DNA of 64,000 nucleotides from NCBI GenBank assembly GCA_015680685.1, contig MNCI01000627.1:386535-450534 (forward strand). The letters are read 5' to 3'. The position numbers and the translations under genes are program-made. This document shows positions 55,346 through 64,000 of the stretch, piece by piece. This stretch comes from Gnetum montanum. Its lineage: Eukaryota > Plantae > Gnetophyta. Positions within the stretch are counted from its first letter, which is position 1. Each line of letters starts with the position of its first letter. Under the pieces are notes generated by a model. That model was not told the DNA's origin. It did not search any database and saw only the letters and a list, made by a program, of their open reading frames with translations.

Positions 55346-56336
55346 TTCACGTCGCATCCTCAACATGCATCATCACCAAACATACATCGAACGAAGGGGC
55401 ATGATACCAGCACGTGGGTGGGACATTGTCGCCCTAGGACGTGGTTCCCGATGCAAGGGAAACACAGTTTGGGGCGTACATGTCATCATCTCTGGTGTCA
55501 TGCTGACCCTTTGAAGACATCGTACGATGTCACATGGGCCCTTCGAACCTACCATCGCTATGGCTCGCTGCCCTGATGGTAGCTCCTGGGCTTGTTCCTT
55601 CTTCTGAGGTGCTGACAGTATTGTGGCCCAGCTGCAATATTGTTGCACTTCTGTTCCTCGTCAAGGTTGTGGCTCGCACAGTGTTCGGCTATGTGGTAGC
55701 TGATCCCATAGCTGAACTCAGCGTGCATGTCTTTGGTGGGGATCCCAGTGCATTCGCACCCTTGGTGCCTTGGGGAATAGCTCCCCCCGCGGGCAATGCT
55801 GCCAAGAACGCTGCTGGCTACCCTGCTTTGGGCATCTCACACCAGTGATGATGCCCAAGGGTAACAATAATGCTAGCAACCTGCTAGAAATTATCCTCGC
55901 AGACACATCCCTCTATAGTAGCAAAGGCTACAACGTCGCAAAGTGAGTGCCTCGACTAACATGGTTGTTTGAGAGTGCAAATTTCAGCATGCGCGTAACA
56001 TAGCTCGCCGTGCGAAATGCTCCAATAGGTAGGTCAGAACCCTCCATGGATGTAATACAGCTCATTCTGCAGAGGGGACACTTGCCTACAGGAGGTTGAA
56101 GAACAGTGCCAGCCAGAGATGAAAACGTAAATGAGCCCCTCAGAGCACTCCGACGAGGGACTTGGCTAAACACCATATCTACTCTCTGCCTTAACCTCCG
56201 CAAAACCAATGCAACATCCTCAAGTACGACCAAGCGATATCCCAGCACTCACCAAGCGACAGCCTTAGTGTTTCGCCTACTACGGTGTTTCGTATTCTTT
56301 ACCAACATCCATCGAGCTTGTTCTCCAGACGTTGAC

Positions 56337-56349
56337 AAAGAGGGGCCAA
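56337..56349 (+). promoter_or_regulatory. Polypurine tract AAAGAGGGGCCAA
   Basis: Immediately precedes the TG of the 3' LTR. Confidence 0.8.
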
Positions 56350-58035
56350 TGAAACACCCTAAAAGAAAATGCGAGGTCATCCTGGCTTCACCAGGCTCTT
56401 ACAGTCTGCACAGCATCACGATAGTCCATCGGGAAAAGAACGTTCTGGGTCCAGGATGGTTGGTTCGGTAAAATTTTCTACTTTAGGCATGGACGAGTTC
56501 CATACCAACTTGCCCGCCCTCCAAAGTAGTCCGAACAGCTGGCAGCCTGCTCAAAAATGGTGTGCAAAATTAGCGACAGTAGCCTAGGTGCACAAGAGAA
56601 GCAGTTCAGCAAGTTTTCTAAGTCACAAAGCCTGCTACGCTACGATGTGTAGCGTAGCAAGTCTCAGAAAACAATGGCGGAACGAGATGTTACGCTACGC
56701 AATGACATATGGCGTAGCATAACAACTTCACTACTCACCTCCCTCGTCCAATCGTGAGTTCTGCAATGATGTCTCTTCTCGCCAGGAAGCGGCGGACCAT
56801 GTCTGCTGCTACCCTACGCTGAGCTACATGGCGCAGCAAGGCGTAGCAATCCTGTGAAAAGGAACAGAAGATGGTTCGAAAGGCGAAATCAGCGAAGCCC
56901 GCAGAACTTGCATTATGGCAGAATAAGTTGAAAATCAGCAAAATTGTCCTAGTCGCTACACTACGTAGCGTAGCATCAAGTAGTAGGTTCGTGACATACG
57001 GCAAGACACGCTGCAAGGTGCTACGCCAAGATAAGCAAGCCATGTCGCAAAACACAGCATGACAGGCAGGTGGCCGTGCGACATCAATGCACTCCACCTC
57101 AATCGGACTGTTGGCACACGGCTCTAGGAGCTAGCGGCATAGTCATGACATGGTAGGATCGTAGTTATTGCTCGCATCACAACGGTCTTGCAAGCTCAAC
57201 GGTCACAAATGACTTGAGTAACGCCAGTAAGTTGGTGCAAGTCTGCAACAACGAAGTATTCAAACGGTCACCTTTGCTTACCTTTGGCCCTATAAATAGC
57301 CTGTCAAACATCATAAAAAGGGTCCACAAAAAAAAAGAAAAGAAAAGGGGAGTCTCTTGGACTAAAACAAAAAAAGAGAAATACCTGCAATCTCACAATA
57401 AGGGAAAGAAAAGGAGAGGCTAGCAATCTGTAAAAAGAAACCTCTCTCGGCTAGCATAAAGCCTGGGATCTCATTCTACCACCTTGGTAGGATCCCGCCC
57501 GCATTGTATATACGTGAAGTCTGTGCCCAAGTGCACAGCTATTCTTGTTTCCCGACATGCTTTGGTCATTCTTGAAACTTTCTGCACTCCATCATGTCAT
57601 GCAGCTGATTGTGCCACATCCTGACCGCACATATTTGTAGCTCTGAAGCAGTGCATGTTCCTAACTATATCTTCTATTACCTCTTTTTTTTACTATCTAG
57701 CTTCCTTGTATTATTTCTGTTTTGTTTACCTTCAAGCATTGTCTCATATCATTGTCGCACTTACGTTTATTCACTATTTCGCATTATTGTTGCATTTTTT
57801 TAGTCCTTACTTTTCCCACTGTAATTACCCATAAGCACCATCTCGCAGCTCGTACAGTTTATATTGCAAAAGGCTCTATTGACACTGATGTAAGTCCATG
57901 TCTGATCGACCATACCGTTCAGGGCACCCTGTGTTCGTACACACCTAGCACCGCCCTCCCACGGGCATGAGGTTGGAACTGTTGTGTCCATCGACCTTGG
58001 CGTTCTTCCAGCCACCGACGTTTTCGGTTGCTACA
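56350..58035 (+). repeat. 3' LTR (1686 bp)
   Basis: Direct repeat of 39602-41273, followed by TSD CAAAC. Confidence 0.96.
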
Positions 58036-58040
58036 CAAAC

Positions 58041-58058
58041 TTCTTGGCATACCAATAG
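58041..58058 (+). CDS. FHY: FHY exon 7, 3' remainder
   Basis: Restores KLLGIPI once the element and one TSD copy are removed; GT donor at 58059. Confidence 0.88.
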   Translation, partial: FLAYQ

Positions 58059-58140
58059 GTACATAGAATAGTTAAAAACATATGTTGTCATGTTATCATG
58101 GGTGATGACAGTTTGAATTCAACTTTGTTTTGTTGGGTAG

Positions 58141-58292
58141 CAAATTTATCAGCTGATGCATTTTCTTCAATTATTGCACACCAAGCATGTGGAGTATACA
58201 TGGGTTGGGCTGGACTATCTAATCGGGGAGTATTTAAGATGGTTATGAGCATAGGATGGAACCCTTACTTTAATAATACCAAAAAGGCAATT
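58141..58292 (+). CDS. FHY: FHY exon 8
   Basis: ANLSADAF..GVYMGWAGLSNRGVFKMVMSIGWNPYFNNTKKAI; GTAAGT donor. Confidence 0.93.
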
Positions 58293-58411
58293 GTAAGTCT
58301 GTAATGTCAAATTAAAAACAATAACATTTTTTCAATGATGGCTTGTTACATTTCTATTTTGGAATACAACTTTTCAAGCAACTATTTTTACCCTAGTTAA
58401 TAATTTTATAG

Positions 58412-58495
58412 GTACTATGGCTGCTACATGAATTTGGTGAAGATTTCTATGGGGAAGAATTGAGCCTCATTGTGGTTGGGTACATCTGGCCTTAG
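58412..58495 (+). CDS. FHY: FHY exon 9 (premature stop)
   Basis: VLWLLHEFGEDFYGEELSLIVVGYIWP* compared with canonical EPWLLH...GYIRPE. Confidence 0.9.
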   Translation, partial: VLWLLHEFGEDFYGEELSLIVVGYIWP

Positions 58496-58575
58496 GTATA
58501 TGTCCATATCATCATACTGTATTAATTTTTTTTCAAGAATTACGTTTGAACATGCTTACATGTTAATTTATGCAG

Positions 58576-58707
58576 GAAAACTTTCCATCTTTAGAGGCCT
58601 TGAAAGAGAGAATTTATGAAGACAAACGAATTGCTAAAGCAGCCCTTGACCTTCCACCTTATAAACAGTATAATGATGATCCATTTTTGACATTACATAA
58701 AATCTGA
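58576..58707 (+). CDS. FHY: FHY exon 10 (terminal)
   Basis: ENFPSLEALKERIYEDKRIAKAALDLPPY..DDPFL..TGA. Confidence 0.92.
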   Translation, partial: ENFPSLEALKERIYEDKRIAKAALDLPPYKQYNDDPFLTLHKI

Positions 58708-59464
58708 TTTTTTAAAGAGAATGATTCCCTTTCCTAGTTGATACTGTATCATCGTATGACTCTTCCTTCTTGTGTTCCAATTATGTTCGTTTATCTAGAT
58801 GAAATACTTGGTTCATGTCGAATCACTTGGCCCTTGGGAAGCAAATGCTCGATGTATTATCCACTCCAGGTTGGGACATGTTATATGATAAAAATAGTGA
58901 CTTGGCATCAGTCAAGGCTACTATACAATTGATGGGAGGGCTGAATGGCCTTTTTACTACCAAACAAGAATCTTCAGACATGCTTCCATTTTTGTTGGTG
59001 GGGAATATACCCATTATAAAAATTCTCTAATTCAAACTTTGTTATATTTCATTGCATTACTAGTAATGTAACTAACTAAAAGGATACTGAATTTATTGGT
59101 AGAAACCTGTAACAAATTGAATTCTAAATGTTCATCATCATTGTTTTTAATTTAGAGTTCAACCATTGCTTCCCCATGATATAATATAACATGTTCTTAA
59201 AAGAAAATTTATTTAAAATTTAGGTGTGGATAATGAGTATTTTTTTTAAAGTGCAAGAACAACTCATTTTAAGTTAAAGGGTAGCAGCTTTCACTTTTAT
59301 AAATTATTATTTCATGGTGTATAGCTTCATTTGTAATGATGTTGCAATGTACTAGTTCAATTTTGTATATACCCTGTTAACAGCTAACATGATACTTTAG
59401 AAGAATTATGAAACTTAAACTAATATTTTATTATGGTGGTAGATATAGTTCCAAAAAATATTTC

Positions 59465-60250
59465 TTTTAAAAGGGAAAAGTAAAGATACGCTATAGAGTC
59501 AAAAGGCTTTAAAATTAGCATAAGTAAGATAGAATATATGGAATGCAATTTTAATAGTATAAATAGTGGTGAAATAGAAGGGACAATTCAATGTTAAAAA
59601 GTCTTTCACTAAAAATAGTTCTATTCAATTAATCTTCCAATAAGATGGTGAAATTGATAAAGATATAAAAAAGAGAATTAAGTTAGGGTCGTCAAAATGG
59701 AAACAATCTAGTGGTGCTCTATGTGATAAAAAGAATATCAATAAAACTAAAAGGAAAATTTTACAAGGCAACAATCAAAGTTACTATCTTATTTGGTGTT
59801 GAATGTTGGGTAATACAAAAGAGACATGAACAACAAATCAGTGTAGCAAAAATGTGAATGCTTAGATAGATGTTGAATGTTACTATAAAAAATAAATTGC
59901 ATAATGCTTAGATGGATGTTGAATGTTACTAGAAAATATGAATTGCATAATACAAATATTAAAGAAAGACTTGGAATGGCTTTTATTTTAGACTAGTTAG
60001 GAATGGTAGCTTAGATGGTTTGGGCATATGCAAAGAAGATTAAACAATAACCTTATAGAAAATAGGTTACTACATCACTATTTTAAGAAAGCCACTAAAA
60101 GGAAGACCAAAAAATACATGGAAAAACAATTGAAGATGATTTCAAAAAATTGTAAATAAATAAATATTTAGCTCTTGATAAAAGTGAATTGCTAAAAAAA
60201 CTTAGGTAGCCCACCCTATTTTGTTAAGATAAGGCTAGGATGATGATGAA
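59465..60250 (+). mobile_element. 5'-truncated RTE-clade LINE
   Basis: ESKGFKISISKIEYMECNF, LFGVECW, LRWFGHMQRR, GRPKNTW; 3' end GATAAGGCTAG(GAT)n. Confidence 0.85.
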
Positions 60251-60299
60251 ACCAATATTTTATTAAGTCTCCATAGACCCAAAAGATCTCTTATACAAA

Positions 60300-61690
60300 T
60301 TAACTTGTCCAAAATGCATTCATTAGCAACAGATCTTGAGTATACTGGTTGTGTTTAATATCCATATAACTTTTATATGATTTTATAGAACTAACATTAG
60401 TAGCTTGAAAAATTCATAAAACGATTGACTAGAGATTTGTCATTTTCTTTCAAAGAACTCTCATTCAATAACATTCTAATAATACATGTTGCTCATCATT
60501 TGTTTTTATGTTGTTCATCGTTCCATCTTCTAATTTCAACACAAAGATGGTGTGCATTCATTCTTACTTCATAATTAGTGGTTTCATAGATATTGGAATA
60601 CTTTTAATTTCTTGTTAGTAAAATTAAAGCTTTTTTTATATTTTTTCCTCATTTTTTCATTTTTCTAAAAGTTACTTTGTAGCAACCTTTCAAACTTATT
60701 CTAAATTTATTATTACATCAATATTATCAAAACTCCATTTTTGTAGCCTCAATTACTCTTTATGGATCTACTTTTGTTATTAAGATTTTCAAATAATATC
60801 TCTTGAGATCTTATTCATGGAACCATCCTTGTTGGTGATATTTTAAAATGATCTTTCTAGTTAGTGTCTATATGAGTGATTCAAGTTACCAATGTTACTT
60901 CTGGGGAATTATATAGAAGACTTGTTCAAGTTATAGGAATAATAGACACATTTATTATACTTAGGATAGGCTACTACTAATGTATTTTTCACAAGTTCAT
61001 TTGTCCAATAAATATTTTTAATTAACATAAATATAATAAAGTATTTGTAAAATATCAGTAAAAGTTTAGTTGAGTAAAATGTTAACAATTGATACATTGA
61101 TGTAGTTTCCAATGACAACAAAGTAGTTTCTAATAAAAGTATAGGGATTTAAGTTTTCACCTTGATTTCATCCAACAAGAATTGGTTTTGAGGTTTTTCA
61201 CTTTTCTTGCATGATTTTTGATCAAGACTTGAGCCCTACACCACACATCGATAAAGTAGTTTGTACACTTTTTGAAAAAGATATTTTCAAATTGCCTAAG
61301 TCCAAATATTGTGATTACTACATTTGTTCTTCGTTGTATATAAAGCCTTCCAGCCATTTGCAACTTGTTGTAATATCTAATATTCCCACTTATAATTTTC
61401 AATGGATTCTACTCCTAAAACAAACTCAAGTTTTTTATTATTTAGCTAGAGAGCATAATCACTCTTATTAGTTCAACAAATTTGCACATTTTTTGTCAAC
61501 ATTTACCTTTATTTTTGTACATTCATAGAATTTTTCAAGTTGTTGCAACATTGCTTTTAACTTTGTTCTTAAATTTATAAGTAGTGTTATATCATCTATA
61601 AAGATTAAAAGGTGCATCCATGATTGTCCACTTTAATGACATGATTTGTAGGTAACTCTTTTATTTGCTCTTTTTTAGTTTATCAATAAC
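60300..61690 (-). mobile_element. Decayed LINE RT 3' half (RTEX/L2-like), cut by an LTR element
   Basis: Minus translation LIFIDDITLL..MLQQLEKF..IKVNVDK, NYKWE..GWKALY..KNKC and AHHLCVEIRRW. Confidence 0.75.
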
Positions 61691-62536
61691 TGATGAGTGG
61701 CGAGGTACCCCTACACTCAACCATACGAATATGAGTGTTACATGCATGATCCAGTTGAACTCCGCAGACTAAGTGCCTACATGCCTTATGGAACACCTAA
61801 GGTTAATCAATTGTTGTCCTCCCAAGCTTACTTGTATTTGTCATGGTTGTATGGTTAAGTAAGCTTGAGGCATGTGATTTTTATATCTTTTATGTTTTAT
61901 CACCTATGCTAAGAGAGAAATGGGTGAAGAGACTAATTAACTAACTTTAACTAACTAAGCCCTAATTAACCTAGCATTAGTATCTGTTCCCACTTGCCAT
62001 TTCACACCCTGAACCAATGCAATGCTGTTGGGTTACCAAACGCTATTCGTTACTGGGATTACCAAGCATAATGCACGTGCTCGAAGCGGTCGTACTGAAT
62101 GCACTTAACTATGAGAGTTGAGGGTTGAAAGAGATTAAGTCCTTAGAAAAGCATTTAAACACTTAATAATAAATAGCAATAATTAAAGTCCTGTTTAGCT
62201 TAGTCCATGCACTGTAAGGTTTATCCATGAGTTCGTCTTTATTGTCGTACACAATTGTGTGCTCAGGTGCAAAATTGCTGGAATAAAGATCCGTTCACTT
62301 TGGGACTCCTACTGCGGGCACATGGAAAATATTCTAACTCTGGAATGGAAAAATGACAAGAGTTTGGCTAAGGTCTAGATCTAGATGGAGAAACAAGGGC
62401 GAGCTGCCTCTTATTTATAGAATTGGTGGCGGTGCGACGCGATATTGTGTACACAATATTGCGGGGGAAGACGTGATATTGCGTATGATATATCACGTAC
62501 GCAATATTGCGGCCCATGTGATATCGTGTCCCATCA
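61691..62536 (-). mobile_element. Athila-like 3' LTR (846 bp) with PPT at 62537-62545
   Basis: TGATG...CATCA termini, CATGGGGGTA before it on the minus strand, TATA 62412-62419, GCAATATTGC array. Confidence 0.88.
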
Positions 62537-62925
62537 TACCCCCATGACTAAATAAAAACTTGTCCTCGAGTTCCTTACAAAATATTGGGAAGGTATGGGA
62601 TTATTGACTTGAATAGGACTAATGGTGAATGGGATGATATGTGAACGGATCATCATTACAGAACATGAAAAAACTGGTGTTCATGAAAAAAAGAGTGAAC
62701 ACCTTATACATTTGACATCAGGCCTTATTTGGCAGCTGAGAGAGAAGAGAGAAGAAGTCTGCTACTGCCAACTCCAAGATTGCGCTTTTCGTTGTCCATT
62801 CATAAGCACACCATCGATCTTGCTCCTTGCATAACTGCTTCAGCACCGATCCATTCCAAGTGTTCCCTCCAGATCTAATCCATTGTTGCATGATTGCTGA
62901 TGAGTCATGAAATTGCTGATAACTA

Positions 62926-63757
62926 TGATAGTGCACCCACGATAACACACCCGCAATATCTCATGGGTCGCGATATTGCATACGCGATATCGCGTACGCG
63001 ATATTACGTCCTGCCTACTGCAATGTTTATAAATAAGAGGTGGCTCTCCCTCATTTGACATCTAGTTTAGCTCCTTAGCAAAGCTTTGACAGTTTTCCCC
63101 TTCCAGAGATAGAATATTTTCCTGTGTCTGCTCGCAGTGTGGTGATTGTAATTATACGACATCCTTTATTCGAGTGTGACGTACTTGGACATGCACATGA
63201 CAAGAAATAAAGATCAAGATTACTTCATCATTGCAGCATTTACTTTGTTATTTATTTAATTATTATTGTTATTTATTGCTTTTCTTTCCTAGTTAATACT
63301 CTCTCACCCTTATCTTTTAGTAACGCGAAATGAGTACGACTTGATTACAAGCATTTAAGTGTGACTACTTGGTAACCCAGTAGCGTACCTAGGATCTGTG
63401 CTTGGTAATCCCAGTGGTAGTCATGCACAAATTCCAAGATGTGTACGGATAATCAGGGAAGGGATGCTCATCGCACTTAGGCTAGATTAGATTCTCTTAC
63501 CCTTCCTCCTAGCTTAGTTAATATTACCTTCCATTGCCTTTAGGAGTAGCATTAGATTAGAACACATCATACACCTCGCTCTAGACTAAACCATACGTGA
63601 CAAAGCTAATACTAGTCTAGATGGGAAGACAACAAACTGCGACCTAAGGTTAATGATCTAGGTGCCATAACTAGTCCGTCTGCAGAGTTCGACCGGATCG
63701 CTCGTGAAAATGCTCATATTCGTATGGTTGAGTGTAGGGGTATCTCGCCACTCATCA
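62926..63757 (+). mobile_element. Athila-like 5' LTR (832 bp) followed by PBS TGGCCTCGTTGCTGGGGA (63759-63776)
   Basis: TGATAG...CTCATCA, TATAAATA at 63028, CGCGATATCGCG array. Confidence 0.88.
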
Positions 63758-63976
63758 TTGGCCTCGTTGCTGGGGACGGTGCTAGTTATCTAGATTAGTT
63801 ATATCATACAAGGTTGCTGTAAAGAACTTAACGATATATCTTTCAGAAAAAAAAATATAATTATTAAAAGTCACACGTAATTCACACATAACTTCACAAT
63901 CCCTCTCCTACAAGATAATAATAACACTACACTTAGTGAGGAAGTTCATTGGAGAATCAACGAACCATATGACGAT

Positions 63977-64000
63977 TGATGAGTGGCGAGGTACCCCTAC
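63977..64000 (-). mobile_element. End of another Athila-like LTR, continuing beyond the window
   Basis: TGATGAGTGGCGAGGTACCCCTAC, identical to 61691-61714. Confidence 0.8.

Larger units (their letters stand above)
39602..58035 (+). mobile_element. Full-length Tat-type (non-chromovirus, aRH-containing) Ty3/gypsy LTR retrotransposon, 18.4 kb
   Basis: Two TG...CA LTRs, TSD CAAAC (39597-39601 and 58036-58040), PBS, PPT, gag, PR, RT, RH, aRH and INT. Confidence 0.96.
32927..58707 (+). pseudogene. FHY: Bifunctional riboflavin kinase / FMN phosphatase (HAD + RFK), 10 exons, disrupted
   Basis: GT-AG exons with consistent phases give DLDGTLLDT, KPLPGASRLIKHL, GKPFPD, IEDS, GVKAGKAAG, GPVVKGFGRGSK, GVYMGWAGL, MSIGWNPYFNN and EDFYGEEL. 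An LTR element sits in exon 7 and a TAG occurs at 58493-58495. Confidence 0.95.

Noticed and set aside
58412-58495. Stop and substitutions in FHY repaired by RNA editing
   Set aside because: This is a nuclear spliceosomal gene. The required changes include transversions (GAG to TAG, GAA to GTA), and the gene is already interrupted.
62897-62912. CTGATGAGTCATGAAA resembles a minimal hammerhead ribozyme core (CTGATGAG also occurs at 61690)
   Set aside because: No convincing helix I/III pairing around an NUH site. At 61690 it is simply the LTR terminus.

Overview
Land-plant nuclear DNA (AT-rich, spliceosomal introns), dominated by decayed transposons. Nothing prokaryotic, no CRISPR array and no rRNA/tRNA genes were seen. 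1-27 kb: nested, degenerate Athila-like Ty3/gypsy elements (two with full gag-pol, one with gag-protease only), a CRM-like chromovirus fragment, solo LTRs and a LINE fragment. 27-32 kb: a decayed Helitron-like RepHel. 32.9-58.7 kb: one host gene, a 10-exon bifunctional FMN hydrolase/riboflavin kinase (FHY). Its exon 7 is split by a complete 18.4-kb Tat-type Ty3/gypsy element (LTRs 39602-41273 and 56350-58035, TSD CAAAC), and the kinase half is pseudogenised. That element has an unusual layout: gag-PR, then a ~4.2-kb multi-intron antisense gene, then RT-RH-aRH-INT with its own candidate start. A short CGTAGC/GCTACG motif recurs in its non-coding parts. 59-64 kb: two LINE fragments and three more Athila-like LTRs. 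Assembly gaps (N) lie at 3569, 7024-7107, 27046, 34421 and 34863. All calls were made by eye, with no alignments or database searches.
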